Shown one piece after another: positions 21,090 through 29,912 of a stretch of DNA of 64,000 nt (within the stretch, counting starts at the first letter, position 1; each line of letters starts with the position of its first letter). The notes beneath the pieces are model-generated. The model was not told where the DNA came from. It saw only the letters and a list, made by a program, of their open reading frames with translations, and did no database searches. Location: positions 1,536,001-1,600,000 of the forward strand of contig OZ242011.1 of NCBI GenBank assembly GCA_965204755.1, written 5' to 3'. Position numbers and translations under genes: made by a program. The DNA is from Candidatus Marinacidobacterium sp. (GTDB lineage: Bacteria > Acidobacteriota > Vicinamibacteria > Marinacidobacterales > Marinacidobacteraceae).

Positions 21090-22607
21090 TCAGTCCCCGT
21101 GTTCTTCATTCAGGGCCACGAGTGCTTTCCGCAGTTCTACCATGGCGGTGGTGTCGCGCTCGCAGTAACGGCGCAGCGCCTCGAAGTCTCGGTGGCGCGA
21201 ATTCTCGTCCCTGTTTTCTATGGCGCGTTCATAGTACGCCGAGGCCATGAGGCCGTCCGAGACCTCAAGATCGTCGTAACCCAGACCGGAAACCAGGGCG
21301 GGGAAGACTCGCTTGATCGAGAACGAGCCCCGGAACTCAGGGTCGTAGAGCGTCTTCTTGACGACTTGAAGCAGGTCCAGGAGCCGTTCCTGGATACTCA
21401 CCAGCGCCGCCGCATGTTGCGGAGACAACCGCGCCAAGTCGCCAAGGACAGAATTCTCAAAACCGCTGTAGACGCAAATGGTCCCTTCGTCGCCGAGAGC
21501 CGCGATGAGGCGCTCGGTCAACTCCGGCCGTGGGTCACTGTCGTGAGCGTGAATGTGGTCCGAGTGCGAAATGCGCCCGTCGGGGTGTTCGGTATGGACC
21601 GAGAAGAGAAACGGTACGCGAGCGAACGGACGCGTACCGGCAAAGCGAGGCACTGCGGGCGAGAATGTCTCGAAGTCCAAATGACGCACTGGCCACTTAA
21701 CGGCATCCAGTCTGGCCGTCAAGTCTCCGTGGATCTGGATGGACTTCGTTTGCACCGCCGTCCGAACGACCCGTTGGAGCCGCGTCAGCGGAACGGTGCG
21801 CGGGATATCTCGAATCTCCTCGATACCCTGCTTGTCCAACTTCTGCCGCACTGACGAAGTAGATCGGAGATTCGGCAGTTCGCTGATGCCATGTTCCGGT
21901 TGCCGGATATCGTGGGTGCAGTGCCCATAGTACGGACACGGGAAGGGCGTCTTGCAGTGATCGCCAGGTGCGATCCGTGGTTCTTTTTCGCTGGAGAGCA
22001 CGCGCCGCATCGCCAAGACATCCTCGTCCATGCCAGGCAGCATGGCCTCTGCCTTCTCCAGCAGGGTATGGAAGCGAAACATCGTGTCGACATCGAGTTG
22101 GATCCCGTCATAGACATAGTTCCCGTTCAGAAGGAGTACTCCGGCGTCGTGGACACGCAGCCCAGCCCCTCGGACCGCCCATAGTTGAAGGGCCACATCC
22201 AAGACATGGTAGTCCTTGGTGTGGACTCCGGACTTGACCATGACGATGCGCCAACTGCTCTTGTCTACACGCTCAAGGATGTCAACGGTGACCATGACAC
22301 CACCGTGCTCGAAGGTGGCGCCGAAGAGCGCGGGGACTTCGGTTCGGAGAATCCGATCCGTCTCTGCGGTGGCCTCCGCCGAACTGCGGTCGGCTGTGAT
22401 GTTCTGTCCGTGGGGGTGACGGGCGCGAGCGAGTGCGCTTACATGATGAATGGGGTTGAAGATGTGAAGAAAGGACTCATCCGCGTCAGTAGCGCGGTCG
22501 GGCGCGTTGAAGTCCTGCCATAGACGAAGGCGGCACTGCCTTCCGGCCAAGTAGTCGGACCGGCGTAGCGGAGCGGGCGGAGGGTTGTCGGCAGATATCG
22601 TTGTCAT
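21090..22607 (-). CDS. DUF2779 protein (Cas4/RecB-like nuclease plus RNase H-like domain)
   Basis: GRQC.LRLW, VDIL...VKS, C-x5-C-x5-C, LDFET, VPFLFSVH, GSFSIKRV.P, YCERDT. Confidence 0.85.
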   Translation of the reverse strand: MTTISADNPPPAPLRRSDYLAGRQCRLRLWQDFNAPDRATDADESFLHIFNPIHHVSALARARHPHGQNITADRSSAEATAETDRILRTEVPALFGATFEHGGVMVTVDILERVDKSSWRIVMVKSGVHTKDYHVLDVALQLWAVRGAGLRVHDAGVLLLNGNYVYDGIQLDVDTMFRFHTLLEKAEAMLPGMDEDVLAMRRVLSSEKEPRIAPGDHCKTPFPCPYYGHCTHDIRQPEHGISELPNLRSTSSVRQKLDKQGIEEIRDIPRTVPLTRLQRVVRTAVQTKSIQIHGDLTARLDAVKWPVRHLDFETFSPAVPRFAGTRPFARVPFLFSVHTEHPDGRISHSDHIHAHDSDPRPELTERLIAALGDEGTICVYSGFENSVLGDLARLSPQHAAALVSIQERLLDLLQVVKKTLYDPEFRGSFSIKRVFPALVSGLGYDDLEVSDGLMASAYYERAIENRDENSRHRDFEALRRYCERDTTAMVELRKALVALNEEHGD

Positions 22608-22793
22608 TTGCGGAGGTAGAGAGAAGTGAATCCCGGATGCCGCAAGTGTAATCCGTCGGGAGATCGAGTGGCGACGGACCTCGTTCTGGACGCCCCCTTC
22701 CGTGGACATCTGCCGTAGAGGCTGTTTCGACCGGAGCGGCAGGAATTCGGTGAGAGGTCGCCGGGCCCTCTCATGCGGTAGTGTCCGTTCCTC

Positions 22794-23315
22794 ATGAAGC
22801 GACCGATTCGCCACTGCTACTGGGTCGAGCCCGGGCGGCTGCTCGCCGGGGAGTATCCGCGGGAACTCGACGAGGAGGCGTCGAGGGAGAAGGTTCGCGC
22901 CCTGACCGGGGCGGGGGTCACGCACTTCATCGACCTCACCGAGGAAGGCGAGACCTTCCTGACTCTGTTGGAGCCCTACGCCCACTTGGCGGCGCCGGCG
23001 AAGCACCTGCGGTTCCCGATCCGGGACATGAACACTCCGGCGTCCCGGGAGGTCGCCGAGGCGGCGCTCGACGCGATAGACGAGGCCATCGCCGGCGGCG
23101 GGATCGCGTATGTCCACTGTCTCGGCGGGATCGGCCGCACCGGGACCATCATCGGATGCTGGCTCGTCCGGCGGGGCCTCGGCGGGGAGGAGGCGCTCGT
23201 CCACCTCGCGGGACTCTGGCGGCAGAACCCGAAGTCGAGGATCTGGGCGGACACTCCGCAGACGGAGGAGCAGCGCGACTACATCCGGCGCTGGCGGGAG
23301 AAGCGGGGCCGGTAG
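22794..23315 (+). CDS. Dual-specificity / protein-tyrosine phosphatase
   Basis: HCLGGIGRTG (CX5R), LLAGEYP, PQTEEQ. Confidence 0.92.
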   Translation: MKRPIRHCYWVEPGRLLAGEYPRELDEEASREKVRALTGAGVTHFIDLTEEGETFLTLLEPYAHLAAPAKHLRFPIRDMNTPASREVAEAALDAIDEAIAGGGIAYVHCLGGIGRTGTIIGCWLVRRGLGGEEALVHLAGLWRQNPKSRIWADTPQTEEQRDYIRRWREKRGR

Positions 23316-23681
23316 TCCCGTCCGGGCACTGCGGGGGCGGACCGGGCCCGGCGCGCTTCCCACCGGGGCGCTCCGGCCCGCAGACCGCCGGACGGCGGCG
23401 GGTTCCGGCCCGCGACCCGGCGCCCGGCGCCGCCATCCGCCGGCCCCGGCCTTCCAACCGCCGGGAGACTCCGCGCCCGCGGCCCGGCGCCCCGGGGGGA
23501 CGGGGAGAGAAGGGGATGACCGATTCTGACGCGGCCTCCGCCTAGGCTTCCTTCCCTCGGGCGCCTCCCCGGATCGGAGCGGCTTCCGGAACAGGAACGA
23601 CCCATGACTCTCGCGGCGGCCCCGAAGGCCCAACCTGCATTGGAGAGCCCCGGCCCCGTTCGGGGGCGAGCCCCGGCGCGG

Positions 23682-23730
23682 CGGCGCCCCTGTCGGCGCC
23701 CCTGTCGGCGCTCCTGTCGGCGCGTATAGT
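23682..23730 (+). promoter_or_regulatory. 3.5 x 12-bp tandem repeat (CGGCGCCCCTGT) abutting a TATAGT -10-like box
   Basis: Seen directly upstream of the nfeD start. Confidence 0.5.
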
Positions 23731-23740
23731 GTCCGCCTCT

Positions 23741-24187
23741 ATGCCGTGGTGGCAGTGGATCGTCCTCGGCGCCGTGTTGCTCGGCGCGGAGTTGTTCGTC
23801 GTGGACACCACCTTCTACCTGGCGATCCTGGGCCTGGCGGCGCTGCTCGTCGGGCTCGGCGCCGGGGTCGGACTCGTGGCCGGCCCGCTCTGGTTCCAGT
23901 TGGCGGTGTTCGGCGTGCTCTCGGTCGGACTCCTGGTCGGGGTGCGGCGGCACTTCTACCGGCGGCTGCGCGGCGGGGCGGCGGAGGAACTGGACCCGGT
24001 CGTCGGGGAGACCGCGACCGTGGCGGAGCCCATCGAACCCGGCGGTACCGGCCGCGCCCAACTGCGCGGCTCCGAGTGGACCGCCCGCAACGCCGGCAGG
24101 ACGGCCATCGCACCCGGACAGCGCGTCCGCGTCCGGGCGGTGCGTGATCTCGTGCTCGAACTGGACGCCGAGGAGCAGATTCCATGA
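23741..24187 (+). CDS. NfeD family membrane protein (YbbJ-like)
   Basis: WWQWIVLG..LLGAEL, three TM helices, OB-fold G..WTAR; precedes SPFH gene. Confidence 0.9.
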   Translation: MPWWQWIVLGAVLLGAELFVVDTTFYLAILGLAALLVGLGAGVGLVAGPLWFQLAVFGVLSVGLLVGVRRHFYRRLRGGAAEELDPVVGETATVAEPIEPGGTGRAQLRGSEWTARNAGRTAIAPGQRVRVRAVRDLVLELDAEEQIP

Positions 24188-25116
24188 ATACCGGTTTCAT
24201 CGCCGTCGTGGCGGTGGTCGTTCTGGTGATCGTCGTCATCGCCAAGACGGCGACGATCGTCCCCCAACAGTCCGGCTATGTGGTCGAACGGCTGGGGCGC
24301 TACAGCCGCACGCTTCAAGCGGGCTTCCACATCCTGATCCCGTTCCTGGAGCGGATCGCCTACAAGCACTCCCTGAAAGAGAAGGCGATCGACATCTCCG
24401 AGCAACTCTGCATCACCCGCGACAATGTCCAAGTCGGGGTGGACGGGGTGCTCTACCTGCAGGTGCTCGACCCCCGCCAGGCGTCCTACGGGATCACCGA
24501 CTTCGTGTTCGCCATCTCCCAACTCGCGCAGACCACGCTGCGCAGCGAAGTCGGCAAGATCGACCTCGACCGGACCTTCGAGGAACGCTCCTCGATCAAC
24601 GGCCTGGTCGTCACCGAACTCGACAAGGCGTCGGCGCCGTGGGGCGTGAAGGTGCTCCGCTACGAGATCCGCAACATCAACCCGCCGCGCGATGTGCTCG
24701 CCGCCATGGAGAAGCAGATGCGCGCCGAGCGGGAGAAGCGCGCGGTCGTCCTGACCTCCGAGGGCGAACGCGACGCCAAGATCAACGAGGCCGAAGGCGA
24801 GAAGCAGCGGATCATCAAGGAGTCCGAAGCCGCCCGGACCCAGCAGATCAACGAGGCGCAGGGCGAAGCGGAGGCCATCCTCGCGGTGGCGACCGCGACC
24901 GCCGAGGGGCTCCGGCGCGTGGGCGAGGCCGCCGGGACCGAAGGCGGCATGGACGCTATCCGCCTGCGGATCGCCGAGCAGTATGTCCAGCAGTTCGGCC
25001 AACTCGCCAAGGAGGGCAACACCTTCGTGGTGCCCGCCAACCTGGGCGATCTCGCCTCGATGCTCACGCTGGCCACGACCATCGTGAAGGGCGGCGAGAC
25101 CCAGCAACCGGGCTAG
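24184..25116 (+). CDS. SPFH/stomatin-like (paraslipin, QmcA-like) protein
   Basis: VVERLG, CITRDNV, LAQTTLRS, WGVKVLRYEI, MEKQMRAEREKRA. Confidence 0.95.
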   Translation: MNTGFIAVVAVVVLVIVVIAKTATIVPQQSGYVVERLGRYSRTLQAGFHILIPFLERIAYKHSLKEKAIDISEQLCITRDNVQVGVDGVLYLQVLDPRQASYGITDFVFAISQLAQTTLRSEVGKIDLDRTFEERSSINGLVVTELDKASAPWGVKVLRYEIRNINPPRDVLAAMEKQMRAEREKRAVVLTSEGERDAKINEAEGEKQRIIKESEAARTQQINEAQGEAEAILAVATATAEGLRRVGEAAGTEGGMDAIRLRIAEQYVQQFGQLAKEGNTFVVPANLGDLASMLTLATTIVKGGETQQPG

Positions 25117-25279
25117 CCCCGATCCGGGGAGGCGGCCGGCGCCGCGGGGAGACCGGGAGCGGGTCTCGCAGCGGCGTCGGGGCCGGAGACCGGCCACTGC
25201 GGCCCGGCCCGTCGGAGAACCGCGGGGGCTTCGCGTTCGCGCCGGGCGGCGGGAGCGCGTACTATCGGGGGTTCGCCTC

Positions 25280-26974
25280 ATGCGCCTGTTCCCGGTCGCC
25301 CTTCCCGCGGCGCTGGCGGCGGTACTCGCCGCCCCCGCCCCCGCCGCCCCGGCGGAGAGCGACGGCATCCCGGTCACCAGCGACCTGGTGCAGGCGGCCT
25401 GCGGCTCCTGCCACCTGACCGACGACGAGGGCCGGATGTCGCGGATCTCCTGGCAGCGGAAGTCCGCCGAGGGGTGGCAGATCACCGTCGTGCGGATGAT
25501 GCGGACCGGCCATGTCTCCCTCGGCCCGGAGGACGCCCGCGAAATCGTCCGCTACCTGACCGACCGCCACGGCCTCGCGCCGGAGGAGGAGCGGCCCTAC
25601 TTCTACCTGGCCGAGCAGCGCCCCCGGCAGGAGTCCTTCGGCCCGGACGAAGCCATCCTCTACGACACCTGCTCCCGCTGCCACCTCACCGCCCGGTTCC
25701 GCGCCCAGCGGCGGACCGCCGAGGAGTGGGAGTTGCTCAAGGGGATGCATGTGGGCTACTTCCCGGTCATCGAGAGCCAGACCTTCCGCGACGGCTCGAA
25801 CTGGGACGACCGGGGCGAGGGCGGCCGGCCGGCGGAGGAAGGCGCGGCGGAGGACGACCGCTGGGCGGTGGACCGGGCGCTCGAACGCATCCAGGCGATG
25901 TACCCCTTCGAGACCCCCGAGTGGCGGCAGCACCGAACCAAGGGGCGCGGCCCCGGGATCGCCGGGAAGTGGCTCTTCAGCGGCAACCGGCCCGGCGCCG
26001 GCCCGGTCGGCGGCGTCGTCGAATTCGTGGCCGGTGGACGCGAGGGCGACTACGCCTACACCGCCCGCCTGGTCCACGCCGACGGAACCGCCGAAGCCCG
26101 ATCCGGGAACGGCGTCCTCTACGGCGGCTACTCCTTCCGGGGGCGGTCGAACGGCCCGCAACTGCTCGAGCGCCGGGCGGCGCTGCTCCTCTCGGCGGAC
26201 GGACGGACCCTGGCCGGCCGCCTCTTCGCGGGCCGGTTCGGCGAAGACGGGCTCGACCTCACGCTGACCCGGCTCGACGGAGGCGCCGCCGCGACCGCGG
26301 TCTGGCCCCCGGCGGCCCGCGCCGGGACGAGCGCCGGCCCGGCGCGGGTGCTCGGCGCCGGGTTCACCGCCGAGACGGCGGGGTCGCTGGACTTCGGGCC
26401 CGGAGTGACCGTCGTCTCCGCTTCGCTCGAGTCCGAGAACGAAATCGTCCTCGACCTGGCGGTGGACGAGGACGCCGCGCCCGGCTACCGCGATCTCGCG
26501 CTCGGCGGGGCCCGGCTGGTGGACGCCTTCGCGGTGTACGACCGGGTGGACTACCTCCGGGTGAGTCCGGAGACCGCGCTCGCCCGGGTGGGCGGCATCG
26601 CCGTCCCGAAGCAGCCCGTCCAATTCGAGGCCGCCGGCTGGAACCGGGGCCCGGACGGCGAGCGGTTCACCGACGACGACCTCGCGCTCGGGTTGGTCCC
26701 GGTGAGTTGGAGCACCGAGGAGTACTACATCCGCGACGAGGACTCGGACACGATGTTCGTCGGCAACATCAGCGACTCCGGCTTCTTCACGCCGGGGCCG
26801 GACGGGCCGAACCCGGAGCGGGAGTTGATGGCCGACAACATGGGGGATGTCTGGGTGGTCGCGGAGCACCGCGACGAGACCAGCGGCGAAACCCTGCGCG
26901 GCCGGGCGCGGCTGGTGGTGGCGCCGCCGCTCTTCATCTACTGGGACCTCTTCCCGCAACGGAGCGCGCCATGA
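25280..26974 (+). CDS. qhpA: Quinohemoprotein amine dehydrogenase alpha subunit (diheme)
   Basis: Signal peptide, CGSCH and CSRCH, RISWQRKSAEGW, LARVGG, GPNPER, NMGDV. Confidence 0.93.
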   Translation: MRLFPVALPAALAAVLAAPAPAAPAESDGIPVTSDLVQAACGSCHLTDDEGRMSRISWQRKSAEGWQITVVRMMRTGHVSLGPEDAREIVRYLTDRHGLAPEEERPYFYLAEQRPRQESFGPDEAILYDTCSRCHLTARFRAQRRTAEEWELLKGMHVGYFPVIESQTFRDGSNWDDRGEGGRPAEEGAAEDDRWAVDRALERIQAMYPFETPEWRQHRTKGRGPGIAGKWLFSGNRPGAGPVGGVVEFVAGGREGDYAYTARLVHADGTAEARSGNGVLYGGYSFRGRSNGPQLLERRAALLLSADGRTLAGRLFAGRFGEDGLDLTLTRLDGGAAATAVWPPAARAGTSAGPARVLGAGFTAETAGSLDFGPGVTVVSASLESENEIVLDLAVDEDAAPGYRDLALGGARLVDAFAVYDRVDYLRVSPETALARVGGIAVPKQPVQFEAAGWNRGPDGERFTDDDLALGLVPVSWSTEEYYIRDEDSDTMFVGNISDSGFFTPGPDGPNPERELMADNMGDVWVVAEHRDETSGETLRGRARLVVAPPLFIYWDLFPQRSAP

Positions 26975-28422
26975 TCGCCGCCGAGGCTTCGAACCTGCCC
27001 TCGAACCTGATCGCCGCCGGCGAGATGCACCGGTTCACCGGCGGCAGCCGCCGGTTCGCCTATCTGGTTCCCTCCTCGATGATCTTCGAGTTGGACGAGA
27101 TGAGCGACCGGCTGCTGACCCGGCTCGAAGCCGGGCCGCTTCCCCCGGACCGGGTCGCGGAGAGTCCGGAGGAGGCCGAGGCGCTCCGCGAACTCGCCGG
27201 AATCGGGGCGGTCGCCCGCCAGGGCGCCCCGCTGATCCCCATCGGCGGCTTGGCGGAAGTGGAGTCGCCGCCGCCGATCCGCACCGTCGTCCTGAACATC
27301 ACGAACTCCTGCAACCTGGCTTGCCGGTATTGCTACGAGTACGGGGACGACCGGATCGCCGAGGCGGAAGTCCCGGCGGCCATGACCGAGGAGACAGCCC
27401 GGCAGTCCGTGGATCGCCTGATCGCGGACTCCGGGGAGGCGAAGGACCTGCAGGTGACCTTCTTCGGCGGCGAGACGCTGCTGAACTGGAAGGTGATCCG
27501 CCCGACCGTGGAGTACGCGAGGGCCGAAGCGGAGCGCGCCGGCAAGCGGGTGGATTTCAGCCTGACCACCAACGCGACGCTCCTCACCCGCGGGATCTCC
27601 GAGTGGATCGCCGACAACGACATCGGCGTCACCATCAGCGTGGACGGCCCCAAGGAGTTCCAGGACTCGATGCGGGTGTACCGGAGCGGGATGGGCAGTT
27701 ACGAAGTCATAGCTCCCCGCATCGCCGAGTTCCTGAAGTTGCAGCGCCGGCCGGTCGGCGCCCGGGTCACCGTGACCTCGAAGACGCTCGACATCCCGAA
27801 GATCTTCGACCACCTGATCGGTCTCGGCTTCTACGAGGTCGGCTTCGCGCCGGTGACTTCGTCGCCGAACCGGGACTACGCGCTCGACGAGGGCGGTTTC
27901 GACGCGCTGCTCGACCAGTTCCGGGACTTGGCCGACCACTATGTGGACGCCGCCGGCGAAGGCCGGTACTTGGGCTTCTCCAACCTGAGCGACCTGCTGG
28001 GCGAGATCCACCAGGGCGTGAGCAAGGCGTACCCCTGCGGTGCCGGGCTCGGGCTCGTCGGCGTGGCGCCGGGAGGCGAAGTGGGGCTCTGCCACCGGTT
28101 CGCCGGTTCCGGCGACCACGACCTCGGCCATGTGGCCACCGGGATAGACGACGCGAAACGCGCCGAGCACCTCGAGAAAGCGCACATTGACGCCCGCACC
28201 GACTGCAGCCGGTGCTGGGTGCGCAGCCTCTGTTCCGGCGGCTGCTACCACGAAGCGCAGGTGCGCTACGGCGACCGGTTCCGCCCGAACCTCCACTACT
28301 GCGACTGGATCCGCGATTGGACCGCGCTCGGCCTCTCGGTGTACGGGAGGCTGATGGAGAACAGCCCCGCGTTCCTCGCCCGATTCGAAGGCGCTCCCCG
28401 CGCCGAGCGCGCCACCCCGTAG
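26971..28422 (+). CDS. qhpD: QHNDH maturation radical SAM/SPASM enzyme (Cys-Asp/Glu thioether formation)
   Basis: CNLACRYC, FFGGETLLN, YPCGAG, CHRF, CxxCx5CxGGC SPASM motif. Confidence 0.93.
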   Translation: MIAAEASNLPSNLIAAGEMHRFTGGSRRFAYLVPSSMIFELDEMSDRLLTRLEAGPLPPDRVAESPEEAEALRELAGIGAVARQGAPLIPIGGLAEVESPPPIRTVVLNITNSCNLACRYCYEYGDDRIAEAEVPAAMTEETARQSVDRLIADSGEAKDLQVTFFGGETLLNWKVIRPTVEYARAEAERAGKRVDFSLTTNATLLTRGISEWIADNDIGVTISVDGPKEFQDSMRVYRSGMGSYEVIAPRIAEFLKLQRRPVGARVTVTSKTLDIPKIFDHLIGLGFYEVGFAPVTSSPNRDYALDEGGFDALLDQFRDLADHYVDAAGEGRYLGFSNLSDLLGEIHQGVSKAYPCGAGLGLVGVAPGGEVGLCHRFAGSGDHDLGHVATGIDDAKRAEHLEKAHIDARTDCSRCWVRSLCSGGCYHEAQVRYGDRFRPNLHYCDWIRDWTALGLSVYGRLMENSPAFLARFEGAPRAERATP

Positions 28423-28449
28423 GATGCACGCCCGGAGGACGACGACTCC

Positions 28450-28776
28450 ATGAAGCACCTCACCCCGAAGAACCTGAAGGCCCGCTTCGCCGCCGAGTGG
28501 CTGGAGGGGGGCGGTTCCGCCCGCGCCACCGCCGACGACCCCGCGCCGCACTACCCCTCGCAGTGCACCACCATCTTCTCGCCGGGGTGGGAGGTGGACT
28601 CCACCGGAGGGACCGCCGCCCTCTGCCAGCCGATGGAGCGCGACCTCTACGACTGCTACAAGACCTGCTACTGGCCGGCGCAGGTGCCCGACTACATCAG
28701 CAACAACCCGGACTGGCACAAGAACTGTGCGGCGGCCACCCAGGACTGGCGGGAGATCGACCTCATCTTCCCGTGA
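28450..28776 (+). CDS. qhpC: QHNDH gamma subunit precursor (CTQ cofactor)
   Basis: MKHL leader; CTTIFSPGWEVD, CQPMERDLY.C...C.WPAQVPD, QDWR. Confidence 0.96.
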   Translation: MKHLTPKNLKARFAAEWLEGGGSARATADDPAPHYPSQCTTIFSPGWEVDSTGGTAALCQPMERDLYDCYKTCYWPAQVPDYISNNPDWHKNCAAATQDWREIDLIFP

Positions 28777-29912
28777 TGCCGCGCCGCTCCCGCTCGCACC
28801 CCGGGCGCGCGCTTCGGCGCGCCGCGCCCCCTGGCGCGCCGCTGCTCTGCGCTCTCGGTCTGCTCTGGGCGGCCGCGGCAGCCGCGCAAACCTCGTCGAG
28901 CGGTTCGCCGAACAAGTTGCTCGCCGGCATCTGGCCGGACCAGTTGCTGACCTTCGACCAGGAAACCATGGAGTTCGAGAAGATCGGCTCGCTGCGGCAC
29001 GGCGCGGCCACGAACTTCCGCCGGACCGCCGACGGGCGGTTCTTCCTGTTCGTGACGAACCGGATGGAGACCGTCGAAGTCTTCGACGCCGCCGAGATGG
29101 CCGTGGTGGACGAGGTGATGCTGAGCGAGGGGAATCGCCGCGTGCGGTTCATGAGCGCGACTCCGGGGCCCGGCGCCCGGCGCATCTTCCTCGTGCCCGT
29201 CGTCGTGGAGATGGAAGCCGACCGTTTCCTCCACCGCAGCGAAGACGACATCCTGGTGTTCGACCGGGAGCGGGGCGAGGTCGTCCACCGCATCCCGACC
29301 GGCGATCTCGACTCCTGGCGCCCCAGCATCCATTTCAGCCCCGACGGCAGCCGGATGTACTTCGTGGGTGACGAGATCGTGGAAGTGGACAGCGAAACCT
29401 ACGAAGAGTTGGACCGGGTTCGGCTCGACGCTCCGCTCGCCCCGGGTTACGGCGGCGTTCGCGGCCATTCGCTCTCCGTGATCGCGCCCGGCCGGCTGTT
29501 CGGGATCTACCGCACGACGGAGCCGCGTCAGGGTCTGGCCCTGTTCGGCGTCCTCGAGATCCGGCTGCCGGAGAAGACCTTCACGCACTACGAGGTCGGC
29601 CCGGCGATGCGGCTCTCCCGCTTCGCGATGTCACCCGACGGTTCGCGGGGTTACGCGGGGCTGAGCGACGCGGCCGTGATCGATATGGAATCGCGTCGGG
29701 TGATCCTGCGGAAGAAGGGCTTCGAGCGCGGGCGGACGAACACCTCGATGATCGTCTCCCACGACGGCGAACGGGTGTTCATCTCCGGAGTCGGCGACAG
29801 CATCTGGGTGCATGACGCCGAAACCCTGGAGCGCGAGGCGGAAGTCTTCGCCGGGGGCGACTTCATGATCGCTCCCACGGAAATCACCTACCGGGCCGCC
29901 GCCGGCAACTGA
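28776..29912 (+). CDS. qhpB: QHNDH beta subunit-like beta-propeller (divergent)
   Basis: Signal peptide, FSPDG/MSPDG/VSHDG blades, position after qhpC. Confidence 0.75.
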   Translation: MPRRSRSHPGRALRRAAPPGAPLLCALGLLWAAAAAAQTSSSGSPNKLLAGIWPDQLLTFDQETMEFEKIGSLRHGAATNFRRTADGRFFLFVTNRMETVEVFDAAEMAVVDEVMLSEGNRRVRFMSATPGPGARRIFLVPVVVEMEADRFLHRSEDDILVFDRERGEVVHRIPTGDLDSWRPSIHFSPDGSRMYFVGDEIVEVDSETYEELDRVRLDAPLAPGYGGVRGHSLSVIAPGRLFGIYRTTEPRQGLALFGVLEIRLPEKTFTHYEVGPAMRLSRFAMSPDGSRGYAGLSDAAVIDMESRRVILRKKGFERGRTNTSMIVSHDGERVFISGVGDSIWVHDAETLEREAEVFAGGDFMIAPTEITYRAAAGN

